Shown here: positions 8,571 through 17,788 of the stretch, one piece after another
Layout: every line of letters starts with the position of its first letter
Position numbering within the stretch: the stretch's first letter is position 1
Notes under the pieces: generated by a model
What the model was told of the DNA's origin: nothing
Databases searched by the model: none
Seen by the model: the letters and a program-made list of their open reading frames with translations, nothing else
Made by a program: the position numbers and the translations under genes
Virus record (IMG/VR): IMGVR_UViG_3300046171_000241
Length of the DNA: 54,949 bases
Strand: one strand, 5' to 3'
From: an uncultured virus (IMG/VR IMGVR_UViG_3300046171_000241)
Taxonomy: Duplodnaviria; Heunggongvirae; Uroviricota; Caudoviricetes

Positions 8571-11344
8571 CCCCTTTTCGTCTTACCCATAAGAATTTTA
8601 AGTTTCCTTGCCTTTTCCTTTGCGTTGGTTGCCTTCTTGATATTCGCATCAATCACAGGGTCACCTGTAGGGGGCATAAACTCCGCACTATGTGGGTCTA
8701 ACTTATCATGCTTATACTTTTTACCATACTTCGGATGCATACCAGTTTCAGGATCCATTTCTGGAGGAGCTGTCTTTGGATACTCTGGAGCAACATCTAC
8801 AGGTTTTCTAAATGCAGAAATTGCTTTATCAAGTTTAGATTCTTTTGCCTTATACTTTTCATATAAAAGTTCCATCTGCTTATCAAATTCTGCAGACATC
8901 ATTTCATTAACCTTTCCTTGATTCTCTTTTCTCTTTTGTTCAGTTAAGTAAGTCCAATGATGTTCTGCTGCTCCAACCAATTCAAGAACTTGATTTTTTC
9001 TTTCCTGAGATGCTCTGATGTTTGCTTTACGATCCTTGGATGCCCAGATATTTGGTGCGGGTGGTTTGAATTGATTGGGAACATCTGGTGTCTTCATCAT
9101 GTTTCCACCAACAGTTTTGTTTTTGTTCCTCAACTTGGGTGATACTTTAACTTTTGTTGGAATCTCTTTAACCTGTACTGGTTTTTTGATATTACGAAGA
9201 ACTCTCTTCTGACTTTCCGTCAACAGTTTTCCTGATGGTTGATGAGAATTAAAAAGACCTTTTGTTCCTGGCGATCCTTTGTACTTAGCAAATGCATTAA
9301 GTGCCCTCTCAGCTGCGCTAGTACTTCCTGATTGTTGCGCCTTTGTTAATTGATTAAAAATACTCTTTGATGTAGGATCATTATGTACATTTTTCATTAA
9401 ATTACTCAGTGCATCATCAACAGCATTAGCTACCTTAGTAGGCAATGTAGGGTCTTTAGGTGTTGGAACTTTCGCAACCTTTGGTGCAAGTCTCTTTAGT
9501 GCATTAACCACTGGAACACCAAGAGATTTGATTGCTGCTCCACCCATTAATAGTTTAAATCCTACCACTGCACCAGCTGCCAAGAGAGCACCATAACCAA
9601 ATGCTTTCAACTTATTCAAAAGAATTCTTTGTTTCAGTTCACTATTCTCTTTCTTAAGTTGATTGATGAGATCACTAATTTCTTTCTCATCAAGTTCTTT
9701 TTCTTTCTTGATGGTAGGATCATTCAATTTAAAAGGATCCATATCCACAAGTTTTCCCGACTGCACATATCTACCAAGTCTCCCAGACATATCCAATTTT
9801 TGCTGAGATAAACGCATACATACATCCATCTGATCATCCCATTGGGCAAAGAGTCTATCAACTTGTCTTGATAATGGCATGTATTGTCCATAAAATACTG
9901 CATAACTATCCACGTTTATGGAACGCATTTGTGCTAATAAAGATTTTATTTGTGGAAATACTTCATCCCCAATTTCAGTCCAACGCGCATAAGCTTCATC
10001 AGATGCCTTTTCAATTTCGTTTATTTCACTGGCCATAGATGCCACTCTTGTCCAACTTACAGTTGTTCCAGCAAACATTTTCTCAAGTCGTGCTGGATCT
10101 TCTGCTGCACCTTTAACAAATCCACCAACAAAGTATTCACTTTTTTGCTTTGTTAACCAATTTAAAGTGTTTTTTGAATAATCTGTTACAGGAGCAACAC
10201 CTTGAGGAGATGTTTTCATCCCTCCATCATCTTCAGGTGGCATGGGTGGAGTTGATGGGAGATTGATTGTTACATCACCAGCATCAGTGTGTGCTGTTAT
10301 TGTTCCACCACCAGATGCTTGCTCCCTTAAAAGATTCCCATTTAAACGATATGATGCCATCTGATATCTATTACCAGATGGTTGTGGACCTCTATAAGGT
10401 CTCATATTTCCTGGAAGATTTTCTACACCAGGATCATTATAAGGAATGACTGGAGGTGAAGGAGGACGTGAATTTCTTATGCTTGGCCAATTTTGAGCCA
10501 TCTCATATCCAATATTTGTCTCTGCAGCTCTTCCTGCAGCATCAGTATCTCCAAACTGTGAGGTATTATTATCAAATAATCTTTCTCTCTGTTCTGGTGT
10601 TAGACTATCAATAATATTTTTAATCATCTTTCCACCCTCAATACCCATCCATATAACAATTCCAATTCCAACAGCAGCACCACCACGATCCATCGCTAAC
10701 GCATGATCATCAGTGGGATTAAATCCTCTTTGAGTTCCTGGATCCCAATAATCAGGTCCTTGCCTCGTCGTTGGTTTAGGAGTACTGATCATTGATCCAA
10801 GATATCTACCATATGAATCGGCAGGATTCGATGGAGGACCAGGATAAAATGCCCGATAGTCTGATCTTGATTGTTCTTTAAACCAAACTGCTTGCTCTAA
10901 AGATAGTTGCCCATAACTTGTATATCCAGTTTCACCATCCCAGTCAGACATTTCACCAACAATTCTACCAAGATTCACCATCTTTCTATCAGATTGTCGA
11001 ACATAACCAATCTGAGTATAGTTTGCCCAGGCATACCACATAGACATCATGGGTCCTAAAATATAAGAAGTGTCTCCAATCGGTTCTTCTAATAAGATTG
11101 TTCCATCATCAAGAAACAATCCAGTCGTATCATTACCAGCATATCCTTCTGCTCCACCTCCATCTTGTTCAAGGTCTGCTGCTCTCGGTAATAATTGTAC
11201 AGGGTCTGGTGTCTCAAATTCTCCAGGTACATCAGTATACAATCCACCAGCATTATTGGTAGGAATCTCCGATAGAAGTTCCAACTTCTCATCAAGAGTC
11301 TTATCTTTAATCTGCTTTAGTGCCCTAGTATATCGGTTTGCCAT
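8567..11344 (-). CDS. 925-aa modular hypothetical protein, putative virion-internal protein
   Basis: Long ORF with two hydrophobic segments, coiled coils and repeated S(Y/H)xxxGxLLxE linkers. Confidence 0.75.
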   Translation of the reverse strand: MANRYTRALKQIKDKTLDEKLELLSEIPTNNAGGLYTDVPGEFETPDPVQLLPRAADLEQDGGGAEGYAGNDTTGLFLDDGTILLEEPIGDTSYILGPMMSMWYAWANYTQIGYVRQSDRKMVNLGRIVGEMSDWDGETGYTSYGQLSLEQAVWFKEQSRSDYRAFYPGPPSNPADSYGRYLGSMISTPKPTTRQGPDYWDPGTQRGFNPTDDHALAMDRGGAAVGIGIVIWMGIEGGKMIKNIIDSLTPEQRERLFDNNTSQFGDTDAAGRAAETNIGYEMAQNWPSIRNSRPPSPPVIPYNDPGVENLPGNMRPYRGPQPSGNRYQMASYRLNGNLLREQASGGGTITAHTDAGDVTINLPSTPPMPPEDDGGMKTSPQGVAPVTDYSKNTLNWLTKQKSEYFVGGFVKGAAEDPARLEKMFAGTTVSWTRVASMASEINEIEKASDEAYARWTEIGDEVFPQIKSLLAQMRSINVDSYAVFYGQYMPLSRQVDRLFAQWDDQMDVCMRLSQQKLDMSGRLGRYVQSGKLVDMDPFKLNDPTIKKEKELDEKEISDLINQLKKENSELKQRILLNKLKAFGYGALLAAGAVVGFKLLMGGAAIKSLGVPVVNALKRLAPKVAKVPTPKDPTLPTKVANAVDDALSNLMKNVHNDPTSKSIFNQLTKAQQSGSTSAAERALNAFAKYKGSPGTKGLFNSHQPSGKLLTESQKRVLRNIKKPVQVKEIPTKVKVSPKLRNKNKTVGGNMMKTPDVPNQFKPPAPNIWASKDRKANIRASQERKNQVLELVGAAEHHWTYLTEQKRKENQGKVNEMMSAEFDKQMELLYEKYKAKESKLDKAISAFRKPVDVAPEYPKTAPPEMDPETGMHPKYGKKYKHDKLDPHSAEFMPPTGDPVIDANIKKATNAKEKARKLKILMGKTKRG

Positions 11345-11353
11345 CTATCAGAC

Positions 11354-11884
11354 TTAATATGTAATATTTATTTGTTGAGTTGCATCAGGATATTCTACAC
11401 ATCCTTCAGGCCATCCAACGATAGTAATTCTATTGTGAGTTGCTGTATCATTTACAACTTCTATTCCGTGAGGAACTTTAGGATTAATCCAAACAAATCT
11501 ATTTGGTTTTGGTTCAATTTTGTCTACGTCACAATCTTGGAATAAAAGATGTCCACCCCAAGAAGAATCCCATGTAGGATGAATATAATATATGAATCCA
11601 CCAAAGTCAATATGATATCCAGTTCCAGATGATTCCCTATCAATATTGGGAGGTAATGTATTAATGAAAGACCAGGAATCTAAATTGACATTCCAATGCT
11701 CTTGATAAAAATCAAAGGAATTAAGTTTTTCCTTGACCCACCCAATAGTTGTCTTATATGGTTCGTGTATATTTTCAACGAACTCTGTTGTATTCAAGTA
11801 GTCATCTAAATTTCCTTGTATCCAATTCCATTTATCATCAGATAAAAAGTCGTCTATGACTATGGCAGCAGTCCGTGTAGACAT
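11354..11884 (-). CDS. 2OG-Fe(II) oxygenase
   Basis: HxD (YHID), YIHPTWDSSWGGHL, PKPNR, distal His (PHG) and RIT. Confidence 0.85.
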   Translation of the reverse strand: MSTRTAAIVIDDFLSDDKWNWIQGNLDDYLNTTEFVENIHEPYKTTIGWVKEKLNSFDFYQEHWNVNLDSWSFINTLPPNIDRESSGTGYHIDFGGFIYYIHPTWDSSWGGHLLFQDCDVDKIEPKPNRFVWINPKVPHGIEVVNDTATHNRITIVGWPEGCVEYPDATQQINITY

Positions 11885-11922
11885 GGTATTGAGTTTTTAG
11901 TTATTTATTTTAAGAAAGAACT

Positions 11923-11986
11923 GTATCCTCTTGTACCAAGTTATATTTCAGTAATACATTCAAAAAAATCTACCTCTAAATAAATA
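11923..11986. promoter_or_regulatory. divergent control region: NtcA-like box and late-promoter-like ATAAATA
   Basis: GTA-TCCTCTTG-TAC at 11923-11936; ATAAATA at 11980-11986 ahead of the plus-strand operon. Confidence 0.45.
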
Positions 11987-12006
11987 TACACCCAACGTGA
12001 TTAGTA

Positions 12007-12501
12007 ATGAGAAGACTCCTTCCATTAGTAATGTTTTTGATGACCGCTTCTGCAGCAAATGCGGGCGGATTAGTTCATAAAATGTCATCGAGTGTCCAAC
12101 TTACTGTAGATTCTGCGCGAACCACTGCGACTAGACTGGGTTCCCAATACAGTATATCCGGATCGAACGTAAATACTACAGACGGAACCACAGCAGGAAC
12201 TATTTCTGCAGGAACTTTGTCCAGTGGCATCTATGCTCCTGGTACGATCTCTGCAACTCAAGCAACTGGAGGGGAAGCATTCTCCTTTAGTTCTTCTTAC
12301 ATCCAAGGCGATGCTGTTCCAACTTCAGCTGCTTCTGTAGGTGCTGTTGGTAACTTCTCCAGTCAGACTTCTTATGCGGCTGGTGTAGCAGGAGACCTGG
12401 CAGGTACTATCGCAACTGACGGTGGTATCGCGATCACGGCTGGCGGAGCTGGTAGCACTGCTGTCGGCCAATTCGTTAGTGAAATTACGGTAATCGACTA
12501 A
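12007..12501 (+). CDS. secreted Ser/Thr/Gly-rich protein
   Basis: Signal peptide ending in ANA; beta-rich composition. Confidence 0.8.
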   Translation: MRRLLPLVMFLMTASAANAGGLVHKMSSSVQLTVDSARTTATRLGSQYSISGSNVNTTDGTTAGTISAGTLSSGIYAPGTISATQATGGEAFSFSSSYIQGDAVPTSAASVGAVGNFSSQTSYAAGVAGDLAGTIATDGGIAITAGGAGSTAVGQFVSEITVID

Positions 12502-12971
12502 TGACTAGACTACAAGAAGCAATCGGTCTCGGATTGGTTCTTGGAGTTATTCACGGACTGGTTCAATCTGCTGGAGCAGTCCCGGTGGTCCCGAACTTTA
12601 CACAAGGCTCGATGACCAGCCACACTGAAACGACTTCAAAACAGACTGAGACAATCAACTCTATAGACTATGCAACAGGATGGCAATATTCAGTTTCGGG
12701 GACAAACGTGAACAACAACGGAGCATCATTGCTTCCCCCAACAGTAACGAACAGCGTGAATGTGACTCCTCTAGGAGGAATCGAAGGACAAGTAACAAGT
12801 TCAGCAACTGGACTAGACTTCTCCAACTCGAACTTCACAATAGCAAATCCAGGAGAAGCATTCCAGTTCACTCAGACCTACATGGGTCCAGGAATGACAA
12901 ACCAAACCGTGATCCAAAGAACAACAGAGGTTACATCAGTAACCGATACAACAAGTGTCTTTACCCAATAA
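12501..12971 (+). CDS. secreted Thr-rich protein
   Basis: TAATG coupling to the previous gene; signal peptide then AVPVVPNFTQGSMTS. Confidence 0.8.
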   Translation: MTRLQEAIGLGLVLGVIHGLVQSAGAVPVVPNFTQGSMTSHTETTSKQTETINSIDYATGWQYSVSGTNVNNNGASLLPPTVTNSVNVTPLGGIEGQVTSSATGLDFSNSNFTIANPGEAFQFTQTYMGPGMTNQTVIQRTTEVTSVTDTTSVFTQ

Positions 12972-13981
12972 AAGCGTTATGCCTGTCTGTCCTGAGTGTG
13001 GTTGTAAGTGCCCCGACTGCGATTGCAGCGGATGTTGGGGGTGTGAGTGCAACCGCAAACCCGATAGCAAATAGTTCCGGATCGGTCACCAACCAGGCCA
13101 TCCAGGTTTTACAAGGTCCTTATATCACCAACACATATGGTGGAGGTATCAGTTGTCAAGGTCCAACTGCTAACTTCACTCCGTATATTACTCACGCTAG
13201 AAGTGATAAGGATCCATTTGAAACTCACTACATGGAACCTCAATATGATAACAGAGACTTTGAAGGTCGAATGGTAGAAGTTACCAAGAATGTCAAGAAC
13301 TGGCCTTGGGAACCGCACTATGATGATAGAACTTATACGAATGCAGAGGGTGAAACTGTAAGAGCATATGAAGATGGTCAGGATATGACTATCACAGTAA
13401 TGGAAATGCAAGGAGATGGTGTTCCTGATAATCCAGGAAATCAACTCTGGCAAAAACCAGTAAGAACTGGTATGACAAGAAACTACAGCACCAGTATTGG
13501 TCTGTCCGCAACACTGTCTCTGCCTCTTGATGGTGGATTGCAGGAGAGATGTAAAGCAGCAGCAGAAACTCAAATTGCTTTACAAGGTCAAATGCTTGCC
13601 AACAAGAGATTAGATTTTGAACTTGCGAGACTTAAGAATTGTGGAGAATTGATGAAATCTGGAATTAGTTTTCACCCTAGGAGTCCTTATAGAAAAATAT
13701 GTGCTGACGTGGTGGTTCAAAATGTAAATGCTGTCAAGCAACACGCACATACAATTCCACCTATTTCTTCAACGGTCTCACCGACCTCAACGTCTTCACA
13801 GCCTGGTTCCTCTGCCGCTGTTCAGCAATCCTCTCAGAGGACGATTGTACCGGGATCTTCTTACCCCGTAAGGCAGCAACCTTCTTCATTACCTTCTTCA
13901 CAGTCGGTTTCACAACCTTTAACAAAAGGTCAGCAAGAGGCTTTGCGAGCAGTGCAGAACTCGTCGCTACCACAGCAATAG
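12968..13981 (+). CDS. secreted hypothetical protein (probable non-ATG start)
   Basis: Signal-peptide-like KALCLSVLSVVVSAPTAIAA follows an in-frame ATA at 12968; Cys-containing C-terminal domain. Confidence 0.7.
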   Translation: MKALCLSVLSVVVSAPTAIAADVGGVSATANPIANSSGSVTNQAIQVLQGPYITNTYGGGISCQGPTANFTPYITHARSDKDPFETHYMEPQYDNRDFEGRMVEVTKNVKNWPWEPHYDDRTYTNAEGETVRAYEDGQDMTITVMEMQGDGVPDNPGNQLWQKPVRTGMTRNYSTSIGLSATLSLPLDGGLQERCKAAAETQIALQGQMLANKRLDFELARLKNCGELMKSGISFHPRSPYRKICADVVVQNVNAVKQHAHTIPPISSTVSPTSTSSQPGSSAAVQQSSQRTIVPGSSYPVRQQPSSLPSSQSVSQPLTKGQQEALRAVQNSSLPQQ

Positions 13982-14558
13982 TTGCAGTTGTAGTTACCAT
14001 GCCTGCTGATGGTATGTTCTGAACAATCTGGTCGGGAATAGAAAGTGTCTCAAATACTGGGAGACATTCTTTCCCGACTGTTTCGTATGCAACGATCTTT
14101 CTATTACCTTCTACAATCTTTCCAACAGGATCCTTTAACTGCTGTGCCCTTGTAGGACACTCAGGTTTTTCTGGAGTTGTCTGCTTTGGAACCCCTGGTG
14201 TTTCTGTCTCTGGTGCCTCTGGTTTTGGTGGTGCTTTATATGCAGGTGGTTTTGGTGGTTCTTGCTCTAGTTTTATTTTATTTCTGTCATAATCAATAGC
14301 AGTATAGTATGGTGTCCCTGCATCACACAGGGTCATGATACCCTTATCATCTTCATTCTTTAGATTTACATTTTCACTATTGTCTTTGTGTGCCTGAACG
14401 CAGCCAGGAATATTGACAATAGGAGTCCCCACCTCCATGCTGACTGGAGGTGAGGCAGGTAGTGCTATAGGTGGATCTGATGACATCCACTTTGGAACAT
14501 CATAGATTACAACATCACGTATTCTAATATTATTAAATCGAATATCAGGAATTGGCAT
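13761..14558 (-). CDS. cyanophage hypothetical protein (Pro-rich, membrane anchor)
   Basis: 265 aa with Cys pairs, a hydrophobic segment and a basic tail; overlaps the convergent gene. Confidence 0.75.
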   Translation of the reverse strand: MPIPDIRFNNIRIRDVVIYDVPKWMSSDPPIALPASPPVSMEVGTPIVNIPGCVQAHKDNSENVNLKNEDDKGIMTLCDAGTPYYTAIDYDRNKIKLEQEPPKPPAYKAPPKPEAPETETPGVPKQTTPEKPECPTRAQQLKDPVGKIVEGNRKIVAYETVGKECLPVFETLSIPDQIVQNIPSAGMVTTTATIAVVATSSALLAKPLADLLLKVVKPTVKKVMKKVAALRGKKIPVQSSSERIAEQRQRNQAVKTLRSVRPLKK

Positions 14559-14761
14559 CAGTCACTAAAATACTTTTCAATAACTTCCAAACGTTCTTCT
14601 TCCTTAGCAATCGCATCAATTTGATCCTGGATTGCACCAAGTACATCTGGATGCTCACCAATACCTACAGGATTCTTGAGATAGATCTCAATGTTCATCT
14701 TTGCTTTTTTAATGTTCCCAATGGCAAGTGCCTTGAGAGCTTCTAACATTTCTCTTCTCAT
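14558..14761 (-). CDS. hypothetical protein
   Basis: NPVGIGEHPD motif common in marine phages. Confidence 0.75.
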   Translation of the reverse strand: MRREMLEALKALAIGNIKKAKMNIEIYLKNPVGIGEHPDVLGAIQDQIDAIAKEEERLEVIEKYFSD

Positions 14762-14872
14762 AAAATCAATGCTCCGATAATAAGTCCTTTACCAAATGCA
14801 ATCCATGACATTTGATATCCATTCAGTCCAAACTTTCTTTTAATTGGTTTAAATACTTTCTTACGATGCCAC

Positions 14873-15331
14873 TCAAACAAGCGTACCATGTGCCCTCCTA
14901 ATTTCCCTTAATGCTTCAAGGTTCATATCTTTGGTGCCTCCATCATAGGCATGAGCATAACCTTCAGTGATCATCATTTCATTCAATGATAGTTCTGAGT
15001 CTCCAATATATAACCAACCAAGAAGGCGACCATACTTACCCACACCACCAACAAGTTCAGTTCTAACTGAGAGTTCGTCGTCACCAGCAATAGCACCTTC
15101 TAGTTTATCTTTCATCCAGTTAGTAGCATCCAGTCCAAGTGCCTTTTCCTCTAAGTTCTTGGTCCTCTTTTCTGGAGTATCTACACCAGCAACTCTAACT
15201 CTTTCTTTCTTGTAAAGATCAAACCCAAGATCGATGGTGACATCAATTGTGTCTCCGTCAAGAACTCTGTTAATCTCAACTACGCGGAAGTTGTAACACG
15301 ACTTCCTGCTGGGTGGAACCATTGCTCCCAT
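14873..15331 (-). CDS. SNase/thermonuclease-like endonuclease
   Basis: DGDTID, RVRVAGVDTPE, GKYGRLLG and LNEMMITEGYA. Confidence 0.9.
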   Translation of the reverse strand: MGAMVPPSRKSCYNFRVVEINRVLDGDTIDVTIDLGFDLYKKERVRVAGVDTPEKRTKNLEEKALGLDATNWMKDKLEGAIAGDDELSVRTELVGGVGKYGRLLGWLYIGDSELSLNEMMITEGYAHAYDGGTKDMNLEALREIRRAHGTLV

Positions 15332-15593
15332 GATCGATCTCCTTTGATTCTACTGATACTGCTATGCCTATGATAAATGTTGCTGCTGCAATTACTGCAC
15401 CAGCGCCAGCAACCCAACGTTCCAATACGCGAATACGATCACGAAGTTTTTCTAGTTCTTCGTTCGTATCATCAACACGTTTATGAACCATTTCGATGCG
15501 ACGAATAGAATTCTCTAGAGTGCTGTCCATTACAGCAATCTTTGTATCCTGCTCTGCATCTTTGTTTGTAAGGTCACTCATCTTCCAATTCAT
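15276..15593 (-). CDS. coiled-coil membrane protein
   Basis: Coiled coil followed by a transmembrane helix. Confidence 0.6.
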   Translation of the reverse strand: MNWKMSDLTNKDAEQDTKIAVMDSTLENSIRRIEMVHKRVDDTNEELEKLRDRIRVLERWVAGAGAVIAAATFIIGIAVSVESKEIDHGSNGSTQQEVVLQLPRS

Positions 15594-15717
15594 CGAAAGC
15601 CATACGCATTATATAGACAATGTAATATGTCACACCAGCAAGGAGTATTATCAAACACCAGACAATACTCCAAGTTACATCGTTTACATCAGCGAGGGGG
15701 CGAAGGAACAGTTCCAT
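15574..15717 (-). CDS. 47-aa membrane microprotein (not in ORF track)
   Basis: MELFLRPLADVNDVTWSIVWCLIILLAGVTYYIVYIMRMAFDELEDE*, TAATG-coupled. Confidence 0.55.
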   Translation of the reverse strand: MELFLRPLADVNDVTWSIVWCLIILLAGVTYYIVYIMRMAFDELEDE

Positions 15718-15890
15718 TAGTGGTTCCTCCCGAATGGTTCCCAATGTTCCCATCCGTACTTATGTACTAGATGCATACCAATGATAGGAACAAACACTAG
15801 TAAAAAACTTAACCCACCTATTCCAAGTGGATTATTAAGTGTAGTGGCGGCAAAGTGTGCTGCCTTGTGTGCTAAGCTGGATAATCCCAT
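15717..15890 (-). CDS. ~57-aa membrane microprotein (not in ORF track)
   Basis: ...LSFLLVFVPIIGMHLVHKYGWEHWEPFGRNH*; start uncertain. Confidence 0.55.
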   Translation of the reverse strand: MGLSSLAHKAAHFAATTLNNPLGIGGLSFLLVFVPIIGMHLVHKYGWEHWEPFGRNH

Positions 15891-17215
15891 TTTGTTATGA
15901 AATCGGTTTTATGCATTGGACCCCACAAACCTTCATGATAAAGATACGGTGCTGTTCTAATAGGACACTTATCACCAACACATAACAGATCATCAACAAT
16001 TCGCCAGGACTCTAAGACTTCCTCAGAGTGAACAAAGTGCGACTGATCGGCATTAAGTGCATCAAAAAGAAGTTTTTCATAACCATCTACACCCAACCAG
16101 TCAGGATAACGATGAGTAAGTGTTGCAAGTTCAACCTCCTCACTCATACCAGGAGACTTAACATCAATCTGAATATCAAGGTGAGCATGTGGTTGAAGAC
16201 GCATCACGATACGTCCTGGAGTTTCACCTTCAAATAATCCAACAGGTGGGGCTTTAAGTTTAATAATAACCTCCACACATTGATATGGCATTTTCTTACC
16301 ACTCATGAAGTAAAAAGGAACTCCCTTCCAACGCCAGTTATCAATATAGATATCACCAGCAACGAAGGTAGGAGTGTGACTGTTAGAATCAACACCCTCT
16401 TCAGATTTGTAGGATTCATATTGACCAAAAATAGTTTTGTGTCCCAATCTAGTTGCAGAAAGAACTTTAGTCTTCTCTCTACGGATTTCTCTTGCATCCA
16501 TTCTACATGGTGCTTCCATAGCAATTAATGACAGAACCTGAAGCATATGGTTCTGAAGCATATCTCTAACTACACCAGCACCCTCATAGTATTGCGAACG
16601 ACCATCACAACCAATGGTTTCGGTCGCAAAGATTTGAACTTCTTCTATGTACTCCCGATTCCAAAGTGGTTCCAGAAGAACATTGCCAAACCGTGTAGCA
16701 AGAATGTTGTTAACAGTATCTTTGCCAAGATAATGGTCGATGCGATAAACTTGTTTTTCGCGTAGATATCTCCCCACCACAGACTGTAAATGATTAGCAG
16801 ATTTAAGATCGTACCCAAAGGGTTTTTCGATAACCACTCTGGAGTGATCTGGGTCGTCGAGGAATCCTGCTTCTTTGAGATTGATGATAGCATTCTCATA
16901 GCGTTCTGGCGGTACGGATAGGAAGTAAGTTGTGTCTGCACTCTCATCATGAAGATGATCCAGACTTTCTGGATTGTCAAGATCACAAGAAACAAAGTCC
17001 AACCAATGACAGAACTCTTCGGGATAATCCCCAAGAGTTTGCAGCCAAGACTCTTTAGTATGCTCTCTGCGAGAAGCACCAACAATCAAGATATTATGTG
17101 GGAGAAGTTCTTTCTTCCACAACTCATAGAGTGCTGGGATAAGTTTTCTCTTACATAGATCTCCAGTCGCACCGAAGATAACTATGCGTCTAGTGAGCGG
17201 TTCCGTTTCCATCAT
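15872..17215 (-). CDS. zwf: glucose-6-phosphate 1-dehydrogenase
   Basis: IVIFGATGDL, EKPFG and YRIDHYLGK motifs; start set at MMETEPL. Confidence 0.96.
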   Translation of the reverse strand: MMETEPLTRRIVIFGATGDLCKRKLIPALYELWKKELLPHNILIVGASRREHTKESWLQTLGDYPEEFCHWLDFVSCDLDNPESLDHLHDESADTTYFLSVPPERYENAIINLKEAGFLDDPDHSRVVIEKPFGYDLKSANHLQSVVGRYLREKQVYRIDHYLGKDTVNNILATRFGNVLLEPLWNREYIEEVQIFATETIGCDGRSQYYEGAGVVRDMLQNHMLQVLSLIAMEAPCRMDAREIRREKTKVLSATRLGHKTIFGQYESYKSEEGVDSNSHTPTFVAGDIYIDNWRWKGVPFYFMSGKKMPYQCVEVIIKLKAPPVGLFEGETPGRIVMRLQPHAHLDIQIDVKSPGMSEEVELATLTHRYPDWLGVDGYEKLLFDALNADQSHFVHSEEVLESWRIVDDLLCVGDKCPIRTAPYLYHEGLWGPMHKTDFITKWDYPA

Positions 17216-17321
17216 ACTTGTCTGTCTCGTAGTAGTTATTTTCACCTTTTCGTAACCCGAAATATACTGTGGATAATACAAAGGGTATGGTCGCCCATAG
17301 TAAGACATCGGCAAAAATCAT
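17190..17321 (-). CDS. ndhP: NDH-1 small subunit NdhP homolog (43 aa, not in ORF track)
   Basis: MIFADVLLWATIPFVLSTVYFGLRKGENNYYETDKYDGNGTAH*: a single transmembrane helix and a C-terminal YxGNG(S/T)AH typical of NdhP. Confidence 0.75.
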   Translation of the reverse strand: MIFADVLLWATIPFVLSTVYFGLRKGENNYYETDKYDGNGTAH

Positions 17322-17788
17322 TTGAAAAATACCTTGAATCCAAAAGATGTTCTACCATCCTCAAATTCTTTTACACTGGCAAGGTGTTCAGCATAAATTT
17401 TAAAATCATTACCATATTCGACACCTAATGATGCCAGTGGTCCGTCAAACCTATCGTTACTATCAATGTGAGAACTGTTAACGCTGAGCCCAGAGTAAAG
17501 AGTAGCATTACCGATTGGGGCGAGAAATTTGACACCAGCATGATTGATACCTGGATGGTCGTTACATTGCATTGGTGATGACAGATGTTCGGCAAATAAC
17601 CTAAAGTTTCTATGAACATCATACTCAATGCCTAAAGAACCCATAGGTTCCTCAAAGTCAATCTGTTTATCATTGTCCCATGGATCTGCGTTAATTGAAA
17701 CATAGGTTCTAATTGATTCTGGTGTCATCCAACCAGCAATCGCAGTGAGGGCAGTAGCCACTGCGGTATATTCAGCAATACAAATCAT
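17318..17788 (-). CDS. putative outer-membrane beta-barrel protein
   Basis: Amphipathic beta strands, an internal duplication and an aromatic C-terminus. Confidence 0.6.
   Translation of the reverse strand: MICIAEYTAVATALTAIAGWMTPESIRTYVSINADPWDNDKQIDFEEPMGSLGIEYDVHRNFRLFAEHLSSPMQCNDHPGINHAGVKFLAPIGNATLYSGLSVNSSHIDSNDRFDGPLASLGVEYGNDFKIYAEHLASVKEFEDGRTSFGFKVFFK

Noticed and set aside
12680..12967. N-terminal 96 aa of the 433-aa ORF
   Set aside because: Off-frame shadow of the upstream gene; the signal peptide begins near 12968.
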